Of a DNA stretch of 64,000 bases, positions 23,886-35,633 are shown piece by piece; the first letter of the stretch is position 1; every line of letters begins with the position of its first letter. The DNA lies in NCBI RefSeq assembly GCF_902459465.1, contig NC_047069.1, forward strand, positions 21,390,001 to 21,454,000, given 5' to 3'. Source of the DNA: Asterias rubens. Taxonomy: Eukaryota. A program made the translations under genes and the position numbers. The notes beneath the pieces are model-generated. The model did not search any database. It was not told the origin of the DNA and worked only from the letters and a program-made list of their open reading frames with translations.

Positions 23886-26798
23886 AAGTTTAGTTTAAGG
23901 ATAGTTTAACACGCATTGATCAAGCAGTTATTTTGTTTCATCTTGATGTACGGTCCCTTGTCTTCTTAACCTACTAATCATATGTATTTTTTTCAAAACA
24001 CACAACCTGGCGACGTTTTGAGAACAACCTGGTAATTTGATCAGCTTGGCCAAAGTGAAGGGTGTTTAATTTAAAAATCAACCTCGTCCCATGAATTGGA
24101 AATAACTGTCTCGGGTTTCTAGTGCGACCGCATGGCGGTTGGTAATGGCCAACCATTTTAAGGTTTTATTTTCCAGATTGGTTGTGTATATATGTATCAC
24201 ATTTTAGACGACTTGTGAAAAGACTAATTCGAACAATATGGTTTAGAGTTATCTGAATGCTCACTTGAAAAAATAAGTATCTTCAGAGAACTCTGTTTGA
24301 AAAAACTGTCAAAAAGTAGATTAAATTATGATGAAAAGTTTAAAGAATGTCTAAAAACATTATCTGTGAAAATAAACTCTATAATCTCAATCGTTTAAAT
24401 TATTTGCGGAAACTTACTTTTTAAAATTGTATATCACAAAATCATTCCAAACATTAGATAGTTTGAATATACACACGCATTCTAGTTGTGTAATTATTGT
24501 AGTTGAACACTGCGGTACTTGGTATGTACTGGTACCCGCTCAAATACATGCTGAAATTTGCATAATATTTATAATTTCAAGCGTCCATGATATGTAACAA
24601 TACGTCACATTAGCAAACAAAATGGCGTCGTACAAACTCCATAAAATAACACGTGTAACCAATAATATGACAAGTCTTAAAACCGCGTGCCATCTCTGGT
24701 TCAAGGAAGGACGTCCTCCTTATTGATTTAGCTCAATGTTTTCTCCACACGAAGCTTTACATGTGGTGGAGCTTCAACTCCTTCAAGAAAATGTTGGTTT
24801 TGAATCAATCTTGCGCAACGGCATGCGGCTATATGTTGTGACTCTACGTCAAGGTTCTGAACTATACTAGCCTGACATTGGCTGGTAGCATACACCACAA
24901 CTCATCTCCAGACATTAATTATTGCTTCATTCCATTCAATTATTCTGAACATTCTTCAGCTGGTTTGATATCTCAGCTTCAGGGATTTTTAATTTATGAG
25001 ATGGATGTTCACTGTTATAATAATTTATTCTAATTAACGCGAATATTTTCAAAAGCATGTTTCGTACAATCTGGTAGGTGAGATTAACCTTCGGAGTTGT
25101 ATTATATCGGCTTGTTCGTGTGGCGCTTGTTTAACAGTTTGCACAACTTACTAAAACTTTAAAAGTAATACAATAAATTGAATCCCCTTATAAAACCATT
25201 TCGATCCAAACTTTTTGTTTCACACACACCACACAAAAAAGTAAATCAAAGTCGTCCTTGCTTATTCCGATTGCTGCAATGAGCCCCAAACGAACTTGCA
25301 TACAATGACACATTGAAGACCTACCGCAATGGTTGGATTACTGCTTCTTGATAATTGTGATTGGATTATGTGTTTATTGGAAATTTGATGATTGGTAGAG
25401 TGGTGAAATCCGATAATGACAACGATGTTTTATCATTACATTAAAAGTATTTGGCAAAAGCTTTGCACGAAAGTTGTAATGACATCTGATCCGATTAATA
25501 AAGTCAATTCATGAAGACAATTTGCCCAAATTGTGTTAACTGTTGATATAATCCTTGTGATTGTACACGACAGCTCATCAGCGTGACAAGTATGTATGGA
25601 TAATTGTTGTACTCTCATGCTTAGGCTATTAACCCATGGGATGTTATGATACTGTAATGTATCGGTTGTTGATAAGCTCAACTCAATCGTTTGTATTCTC
25701 ACGTGGGCTTGTTAGACTAATCACCTTCAAGTCCAATTATAGCTTACCGATTCGAGTCCCCCACTGATGCATCAATCTTTTATTGTTTGAAATAGTGACG
25801 ACTTCTTCCGGTGTTAGTAAGTGCATGGTAAGTGTATATTGGTAAACTCAATGATTGGATGCACGTAAAGGTTGTCAAAACAAATAAGTTATTGACTTTC
25901 ATGCAAATAAACATCATACATGGCATGAATAACGTTCGCGGTTATACCATGGAATTGTAATCTTTAATTGAGTTGGGTAGTTTCTGAAAAGAACCGTAGG
26001 TCTTCGAATACGATTAGAGCATACTGATCGAAACGTCGAGTTTAACCGATTGTGGACATCAATTTGTACTCTATACTCTAAAAACACAAACTATCGCGCC
26101 CTTAGCGATAAACTGTGTCCAAGTACAGTCGCGAGACCTTTGAGCGACAGACTACCGACCGGCCTCACCAACGCTCTTACAAACAATTATCAAGGCCCGA
26201 GCTGAAAAAGACTTGGATATAAGTACTATAGCTTGAGAACAAGAACACTCGGTGACAGAGCAATCGGAAATGGGTGAAGAACAGAGCGTTGTTATGATGG
26301 ACAATAAATCTCGACATCATTAAAGGTCTCTTCAAACTGGACTTCGGTCGGGACTTGGCCATTTTTATTGCGGCACGGACTGAATAATGCAGTCATTAAT
26401 ATTTATGAAGAAACTACACAATATATTGACTGGTAAATCGAGAGTTTATGATTTACAACTTACAAACTGATTATGTCTACGTCTCGAATCTCACTCGCGA
26501 GGTGATGATTTAAAGGAAGTTGACTATTTTGCACTGTGTGATGTTAGATATTGAAACTTAATACAATTTTTAGTAACGGTGAGTTATTGAATTATTTGAA
26601 ATGTTATGTTTAAACATTACAATAACACCAAAGAGCTGCAAATGAACACAATGTTAACTGTTTTGTGAACACGTTATGTCTTAACGACTATTTGGCCCTT
26701 TGGAATCTATAACGTTTTTATGTTAATTATGAAACATTAAACAATACAACTAGATACGCACGCACGAAGTTACATATTGACGAGGTTTGTGTTTTGAT

Positions 26799-27566
26799 TT
26801 AAAAATCACCTGGAAGTGGTATTTTGTGAAAATAATGCTTTTGTCACTAAAAAAAATATGTGTTTTGATGAGTGGAATATAAATAAACATACAGTAACCT
26901 AAGGTTTCAAAAAATTAGTTTCCATGTTATTTACAAATTTGAAGAAAACAAAAGCCCGACCCGAGAGGGCGCTGTTCGTGACGTCATTATTTTGACGCTT
27001 GGTGACGCTTGGCTCAAGCTAAAAACATGCCCTCAAAGTTGAAACAATACCTGATTTTTTTCACGTTAGGCAAATGCTCCTTTATAGCTTCGTTAAGTCT
27101 TTCCAGGTACCTTCCTCGACTTCCCCATATAGCTGGAAAAATTATTGGAATGGCGTCATGTTTTAGAAAAGAACTTTTCTCTTCATGTCAAAATGTGTAG
27201 TGTATTCCCGATTCTCGAAGCACGACGGCTCGAATTGGTTGCTGCTCAGCGCTGGAAAAGACGCCGGACCGGACCACTCTGCAAACTGAAACCATCTTTA
27301 GTTGTTTTGCTGCATCGTGCTGCAATGCACCTGGTCGACATTGCCGAAAAAATGCAAGGATAAAAACCTTATCGAAACGTACAAGCTCACGAATAGGACT
27401 TGAATGTACTTGCACGTACGTGTGTTCGATGTTCGATCGAGGCAAAGTCTGTAAACATATAAACCGTTAAAAAAAATTACTCAAAACATTTTTATATTGC
27501 TCAGGATCGAAGGAATATATACTCTAATGTTTGAAGAAAACAAACACATTTCCAGGTGACTTTATT
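26799..27566 (-). mobile_element. Kolobok-type element, family D, internally deleted, with THAP remnant
   Basis: TTAA|AAATCACCTGGAAGTG...CATTTCCAGGTGACTT inverted termini with an internal decayed THAP coding region. Confidence 0.72.
27135..27341 (-). pseudogene. THAP zinc-finger domain remnant
   Basis: Three frames read MSTRCIAARCSKTTKDGFSL, LSSNQFEPSCFENREY...MKRKVL and LKHDAIPIIF. These match the THAP CxxxxC start, the C..HF...CF core and the LK.DAVPTIF end; the middle is deleted. Confidence 0.78.
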
Positions 27567-29778
27567 AAAAACACAATTTAGACAAGCATTTTTTTCAATT
27601 TGACTATAGTAAACTTTCCTTTAACTACAATCGGAACAGTGTTTAGCTGATAATGGTTTATAAGATGCTAGGCGCACTCAGCAGCCAATCAGAAACGTCG
27701 GGGCAAACGCTTGGCATATGAACAGATAGTTTGTGTGGATTGGGGGGGGGGGGGGAGAGGGGTACAATCTTCTGAACGATAAAGCGAGGCGTCCTATAAT
27801 TCTCCTTTCGGACTCAAACATTTAATTGAGGAGCCTCACGGTAGCACACATGGCAAATCAAAGATGACACGTGAAACCAATCCCATAATAATATTGATAC
27901 TATTTGGAATTGGTAGATGAAGGCCGTACGCCTCCCCTTGTCATCCTCTATCTAATATTAATAACAATGACTCTTACTAGCAGTTATCGGGCAACTGTTT
28001 GGTAGATCACTAGACGGAAGCGCTTACCATGGTTATGCGTCCGGTAACAGAGCGCAAACGGATGCCTCCATTTCCTGAAAGACACCGGTCCATTCATAGG
28101 GGGAAATCTACGCTCAAACCCCGGTCCATCGTATAATAGTCTCTCAATCTACGATATAATGTCCTTTCAGTTTCGGGTCTAAGTATTCGTTGATCACATT
28201 GCTTGGTTTATTGTAAAACCGCTGAACAAAGTGAGGCTCCGGATTCTATAGCCAAACCTAATACGTGTATTTGGTTTCCATGAATGCAATAGGAGAGGTC
28301 AACTTGAAATGATTTTGAAGTCTTACTGATGATACGAGCGTGTTACTGAGGATGGAGATGACAATATCTTGCCACCAAACCCATTATGAAGTCATAAACT
28401 AGCACTTCACGTACGTTAATTCCTGCTTCCACGCAGTGTAAATAGAAACATTGTTTTTCTTCTTTCAGACATGTCATTTTCGTAAAATACACTGTACGGT
28501 GTCAAACTATTATAAATGGACTGTTATAGTTGTTTTGAAGCAGCGTAGTACGATAACCACCCCCCCCCCATTATGCCCCGCCCCACACAATCGCACTGCG
28601 TATTGATGAGTAATGTATGTAGATAACAAACAGCGCAGTGTTTGTATTTAACAGGAAACTGTTATATTCAAGATAATGGATGGATTGTCATTATGGGAGG
28701 GGATTATTTTGAGGCTAAACAACGTGTAAGCTATTCGTGTAGTCTAGTTACAACGGACAAACTGCAATCACAGAGATAGATACAACTGTATACTCATAAG
28801 TTATTGAGATATCATGCACAACTATAACTAATTGCGCATCATTTAGTTTTGTAAAATTGTGGGGTTTGTTTTATTTCTCATTGATGCACACTGGAAGGCA
28901 ATTTTCATGTTTTTAACGTGATTTTGTTGTTACTAAATTGAACAGTATATACAGGCTGTATATACACAAACGTGCACCGTACACAAAACAGGCAGTAGGC
29001 ATGTGTCTATCAGATGGGTTAAATAAAGCTAGAAGAAAATAATAAGTTTATTCGAAAATAATCTTTCAAAATTTCTGTATCACTTTGTCAGCATTGTGTT
29101 AAATATACATTTGCTGTGAAGCAGCTTATGCAAATCCATTAGTCTAATTTAGACTATTTCATGAAATCATGTAATGTTCCATTCAAACAACCAAGATCGA
29201 GTTAATGATCCACTGGACCTGACTACAAGCAGCCCGGATCGCCTCGGAACAGTTCGGAGCAGTAACAACTCACTTCGGAGTCCATCGGAAAGACTGAGAT
29301 ACAACCGAGAAGGCTAGAAACATTATATATCCACATTAATTGACTACGTGCATAAGTCTAAACATCAATGTATGTAACTTCCAGCAAAACATCAATGGAT
29401 GTATACCAGTTTTCCCTCAGCATTTAAAGACAAATTGAAACTTGATTAAAACGTCTCTTAATCAACATTGGACTAAACAGACAATCAACTTTACATGCGA
29501 GACTTTTAACTTTGGACATGTGACTGAGCCAAATATCACGATCGTCTTTATGCGTTGTAGGTAATGCCACCAAGTGTTTCCTTCCGATGACGTAACAAGC
29601 GGAAACAACATTTATATTAATTAAGGGCATTATTATTTTCCATATTAGTGATTCAATATTAGGCGGTAATACACATATTGATTTAGATGTAGGTGCGACC
29701 GATTTGCACCCATTGCTACGAGGGTATCCAAAAACCCATATCCAACCACCACACACCATGTGAAATAGTTATAGACCT

Positions 29779-30212
29779 ATAAAGGGTAAGTGTGTACTTT
29801 TTCCTAACACAAAACACAATGTCCACAGATGAACATCAAAACCTACACAGATTGAAGATTATGATAGTAGAAAGCGTCACTTGAAATTCTAGTTACTGAG
29901 ATGATGTAGTTTTTTAGAAATGAGTAAAACAAATAATTTTCGTCTCAGTTTTAGCATGTAAAAACGTAGTAACCAGTTATGCAATGATTATGGTGTAATA
30001 TCATAACTGGGTGATGGAATTTTACATGCTAACATAATTGTCGTCTTCCTGAGACGAAAATTATTGTGTGACTTGTTTTACTCAATTCTCAAAAACTACA
30101 TAACCTCAGTTAGTAATATTTGAAGGGAAGCTTTCCACTATCATTAACTAAAAACCCTTTAAGTTTAATGTAAATCTGTTAACATTTTGAAAAAGTACCC
30201 GAATCCTTTGAA
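29779..30212. mobile_element. Kolobok-type element, family B, second copy
   Basis: Colinear with 7785-8212 along its full length (AAAGGGTAAG...AAAAAGTACCCGAATCCTT). Confidence 0.75.
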
Positions 30213-30969
30213 TCTAAAATAACCAGAACAAAATGTTACATTTTTAGTATTTGTTATCGAAGAGGCATTTTACCTTTTACATTTAAAAAAAATGAAATTT
30301 TAATTTACTTTAGACTTTACATATAAAATGTTGAAAAGAACTGTCAGTTTTAGATATTCACCTAATGAAGGACTGAAACAAGTCCAATTTTATAGAGTCC
30401 ATCGCCATGACAATACTCAAATAACTTGCATTCAGAACGGTTGTTTCTCATTCATACATAATGGAACAAATACACCTCATTTATTTGACAGCATGTGGAT
30501 ACCAGCCATACATTGCTATTCAATTAAAGATGACCTCAGATGAATAATCAATGAGAGCGGGGCACTTGCTCGGGAACAGGGTCCCCGTCTTTAGGAGCTG
30601 GAGCAGATGACGTCATTGTTAAATGATGTTTGTCCACTTCCCGCTTACCCGACATAAATAATGTATGCATAAGGCAGACCGGAAGCCTTGCAGTTTATCT
30701 ATTTTGAACAAAGTCGAGCCCCAGCTAATTTTCAAATTAAAACAGTGTCTTACATCTCTTAGAATCCACAGTTTACATGAAGAGCTGGAACACACTACCA
30801 TCCTATGGGCCTCTTATTAAAAACAATATCACCACCAAAAACATTGGCACATACACATGGAATGGCGATGGGCTCATGTAAAGTTAAAAACCAATGTTTG
30901 TATTTAAGATACCATAAAACAGTTTAGTGATTGTTCATAGTAGAAAGCGGCACACTGAAGGTTTATAAT

Positions 30970-31985
30970 TTAAAGGCAGTGGACAATATTGGTAATAGGG
31001 TGTTTTTTCTTTCATAGTTATCTCGCAACTCCGATGACCAGTTTTGCTCAAATTTTCACAGGTTTGTTATTTTATGCATATGTTGAGATACACCAACTGA
31101 GAATACTGGTCTTTGACAATTACCAATAGTGTCCAGTGTCTTAGTGGATTGGTAATTACTCAAAATAACTATTATCATAAAACCTTACTTGGTAATAAGT
31201 AATGGGGAGAGGTTAAAAGTATAAAACATTTGAGAAACGGCTCCCTCTGAAGAAACGTAGTTTTCGAACAGAAGTAATTTTCCACAAAATTGATTTCGAG
31301 ACCTTAAGTTTAGAATTTGAGGTCTCAAAATCAAGCATCTGAAAGCACACATTTTCGTGTGACCAGGGTGTTTTTCCTTTCATTATTATCTCACAATTTT
31401 GATGACCAATTGAGCTCAATTTTTCACAGGTTTGTTATTTTATGCATAAGTTGAGATACACGAAGTGAGAAGAGTTGTCTTTGACAGTTACCAATAGTGT
31501 CCAGCGTCTAGCGTCTTTAAGTACGTGGTAAAAAGGTAACACAACCAGATAATTATGGTTAACTTTAAAAATGACATGAATATTAACATGTATACGTTTA
31601 AAGACACTGGACCCATTCGTTAACTACCACACAACAACAGTCTTCTCACTTGGTGTATCTCAACAAAGCCTTTGCACAAAATAACAAACCTGTGAAAATT
31701 TGAACTCAATTGGTCGTCGAAGTTGCAAGATATTAACGAAAAACACACCCTTGTCACACGATGCTGTGTGCTTTCAGATGCTTGATTTCGAGAAGTCATT
31801 AGGTCTCTAGATCAAATTAAAATATTTTAGTTGAAAATTACTTATTTCTCAAAAACTATGTTACTTCAGAGGTAGCCGTTTCTCACAACGTTTTATACTA
31901 TCAACAGCTCCCAATTGCTTGTTACCAAGTACGTTTTTAAGCTAACAATTATTTTGAGTAATTACTAACAGTGTCCAGTACCTTT
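30970..31985. mobile_element. Cluster of three family-A MITEs (30970-31143 deleted; 31148-31520; 31598-31985 in opposite orientation)
   Basis: Family-A termini and interiors at each position, with TTAA at 30970, 31517 and 31598. Confidence 0.82.
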
Positions 31986-33461
31986 CCACTATAAGGGTTT
32001 ATGTACGTAAGTTTACTTCCAGGTAACCTGGTATTTGAACTCGTATAAAGGTGAACATGTACTTAGTTCACCTAAACAAAATATGTATTTACCTGTTTGG
32101 TTATTGGCAGACTTTGCGATTAATCGCTGCGAGACAAGTATCAATATTCCCATTGTATTATTGTGACTAAACTTTTCAGCTGTTTTTAAAAAAGGCAAAA
32201 TTGTCATTAATAATTATATCGTTACTGTTTTCAGTTTCCGAGAAATGCAATACTAATTAGATTATAAATAAGCTGATTAGCTGATAATTACTTTATTTCT
32301 ATATCAACTATTTTATTTCACACTTTGCGCCACCCACAGTTACGCCAATGACGCACTAATTAGTTACCACAATGCCCTGAAAATGCCCATAAGGCAAAAT
32401 GAGCAAATATGTAAATACAAAATGAGCATCTGTTAATGCCGTGCTTGTCATTTAGTAATTTTTGTGTTAGAAAACTAATAATGTATTCACTTTATCAACA
32501 GGTGCAGCTGACCATAGAATATACCAATTATCGATCTATATAGCGTGCGTTGTATTCAACACCGTCTGTTCATAGCAACCAACGTACCAACAGTTTTAAC
32601 TTGCACACCAACTACACGTTTGATATTATGTTGCCATTGCCTTTCGATTTAATGTGTTTCATCAAACAACATTAATTGTATACAGAAAGGTCCTTTCTCA
32701 ATTGAGTTCAAATTGTTACAGGTTTGTTACTTAATGCATAGGCCTATGTTAAGATACACCAAGTGAGAAAGACTGGTCTTACACAATTACCAAAGGTATC
32801 TAGCTTTAAGGATCTGTCATTATTTCCCTCGACGGCCACTGTTTAAGTTTCAATTTGAAACCCACCAACAGATTGATCTTCCAAACAAGTTTGAGGAGAA
32901 TATACAGTACTAAGACACGAAATGGAGCTGATAATGTTTAAATGCCGCGTTAGACGCCATGAATCTGCGATAGCTTCAACATCAAATGTTTAGTCTGATG
33001 TTATAGCGTTCATATAACCAGAGATCCCACCCACCAATGTCCTTATAGAGGCCCCTGATGTAGACTAGAATTGGCATCGTCAAGGCCTCCCGTGATCTCA
33101 TCAGTATACAAGTGGGTTGTATCTAGAATTGATTCAATTTGGCATCCACTCCCGATCTGTAGACGAGCCATCTGGTTTACAAACCAACTATAATCATGGG
33201 TGTATCCTTCATGGAACGACTGATCAACATGCAATCACTCATTTAATATAATTTATTACTCATTATTGTTATTGGATGTTTTTAGTTTCCCATCTTTAGT
33301 ACATGTCTCCATATTCATATAAAGTCGTTCCATCAAAATGGTAAATTAAGTCAACGAGCATGCCCGCTATATGCATTGAGGCGTTAATAACTACCTGTAT
33401 CTTTAAGCTAGTGATTAAATTCCATTGTATATACTTCATATTTATTTAATGAATAGGGTAG

Positions 33462-33505
33462 ATGGCCTTAGCTTTCGATCCAATCCGGACCTTCTTCAGA
33501 GGCAT
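33462..33505 (-). ncRNA. Minimal type I hammerhead ribozyme at the 3' end of the Penelope-like element
   Basis: Minus strand ATGCCT-CTGAAGA-A-GGTCC-GGATT-GGATC-GAA-AG-CTA-AGGCCAT. It has core CUGANGA, stem II GGUCC/GGAUC, GAAA, a palindromic AGCU stem III, a CUA cleavage triplet and stem I GCCU/AGGC. Confidence 0.75.
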
Positions 33506-33956
33506 AAAACAAGTACAAACAAATACATATCCATTTATAAAAAAAGAGAGGGGAAAGGGATTAAGGAAAGGATCCAGAAAGAAGCGGGAAAATAACAGCC
33601 AATCAAAGTTCCTATTTCAGAAACAATATTGGTGGCTATGAACCAATAGGAGTGAAGTGGCGAGGACAAAGGATGTTTAGAATGAAAGGAAGGGTTACTG
33701 GACCATAAAAGTGGTAAATGTATTGTTCGACAACAATGCAGGGAGACATGAAAGGGTAGGATTAGAGAGCAAGTTGCATCATGATGCAACTAACAATGGT
33801 CAATTAATAAGAATAGCAAGATCAAAGGTATGATGATTTTAAAAACAGGTATGAGGGACCTGTGGAAAAAAAGGGGGGGTTACTTACATCAGATAGTTAC
33901 AGTGATGAATTTATAAAAACAACTTTAAACTAGGTTAAGTGGAGGGTAATGAGAAG

Positions 33957-35633
33957 TTATTTAACACCAGTGTTTATGTTAAGTCCAAAGGGTTTGACTG
34001 TCTTGAGTTGGTGAATCCAGTGTGATTCTCTATTCTTGAGGTGTGTGTCAACACCATTGCAAGCTTCAATCACCAGAAGTTCAACATCAATGACACTATG
34101 ATTGGGGCTGTTGAAGTGGATAGAGACTGTGTACGGTTTCTTAGTCTTTATGGAAGAGACATGATTCGCAAAGCGAAGACTAAGTTTGGTCTTAGTCTCT
34201 CCCACATATTGTAGCCCACATCTCTTACATGATATGACATAGACTACATTAGACGTGCTGCATTCAGAGTCGGTCTTGATGTTGTATGAAGAGCCAGTGG
34301 TATGACTCTTCACCTTAAGTGAGGGCTTAATGTGCAGACACGTTTTGCATTTGGAACGGGTACATTTGTGACAGCCCAGTATATCTGTCGGGGCATAGTC
34401 TATACTCTATGGTCGGGGGTTGTGTTTGGACTGTACCTGGGGGAAGTTTGGCCCTGACTAGTATGTCACCAAGGTTCTTAGGGCGGCGGAATGCTACCAT
34501 GGGAACCTCAGTGATTGCTGAGTGTAACCTGCTGGAGGAGTGAAGTATAGGCATGTTATTATTGAGAATTGAGGGAAGTTTGGGTAGTTTTGGGTGGAAG
34601 GTGGTGACCAAAGCAACTCTATTGGTAGGAGGTTTTTTAGCTCCCGTGTTAGTCAACAGAGTATTACGAGGTACGTTGAGAGCCCTGTTGATAGCAAGTT
34701 GGACCCTACGTTCGCTGTGTCCCCTAGATACAAGGTGTTTCCTTAGCTCTGATGAGCGCCTCTTGTACAGGGTATCTGTGGAACAGATACGCCTGATACG
34801 TAAGGCCTGACTGTAAGCAATTGCCTTCTTACAGTGACTAGGGTGACAGCTATTGGAGAGAAGGTACTGGTGGGTGTCGGTGGGTTTACTGTAAACATCT
34901 GTGACAAGGCCATTATGAGACTTGGTTATTGTCACATCTAGAAAGTTCACACTGGTGAGAGATTGTTCGGTAGTGAACTTTATGGTGGGGTGAAATGAGT
35001 TGATATGGTCAATAAACTCATCCAAGCTGTCTTGGTCACCACACCAGATGGAGAAAATATCATCAATAAATCTCCACCAAACTAGTGGTCGGTTGGGGGC
35101 GGAGGACAGGAGTCTGTCCTCCAACTGAGACATGAATAGGTTAGCATATGAGGGTGCCATTTTGGTACCCATGGCAGTACCCTGTACCTGTAGAAAATGC
35201 CTGTCAGAAAATGTGAAATTATTCTTCATTAGAATGTGGCTCATGAGTTCCTTAATATGACTCACTGAGGGGCGGGACTGATTACTAGCATTGAGGGCAG
35301 AGACACATGCACTCATGCCTTCATGATGGGGTATGTTAGTATAAACAGTGATGAAACATCAAAAGTAACCAAAATAGCAGAGTCAGGTATTTGGTGCTTG
35401 ACCTCATCTAGTTTGTGGAGAAAGTCTTTGGTATCCTTGATGAAGGAAGGAATACGGCAGACTAAGGGTTTGAGGAAGCTATCGACAAACTCAGAAATGC
35501 GCTCTGTGGGGCTACCATTCCCAGATACAATAGGTCTCCCCGGGTTATTGGGCTTGTGTATCTTAGGTAGAAGGTAGAACCTTGCTGTACGGGGGTCATG
35601 TGGGAGGAGATAGTTAAATGTATCTTTCTTCAT
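33957..35633 (-). pseudogene. Penelope-like RT plus GIY-YIG ORF, broken by a 2-bp and a 25-bp insertion
   Basis: FYLLPKIHK..PGRPIVS; FDVSSL; QVQGTAMGTKMAPSYANLFM; WWRFIDDIF; CHKCTRSKCKTC; VVYVISCKRCGLQYVGET...RESHWI..L....PFGLN. Confidence 0.93.

Larger units (their letters stand above)
33440..35633 (-). mobile_element. Penelope-like retroelement, 5'-truncated
   Basis: RT followed by a Cys cluster and GIY-YIG endonuclease, then a 3' UTR/pLTR ending in a hammerhead motif. Confidence 0.93.

Noticed and set aside
25436-25702. 88-aa ORF with loose LRR-like periodicity
   Set aside because: No true LxxLxLxxN consensus and no supporting neighbouring exons.
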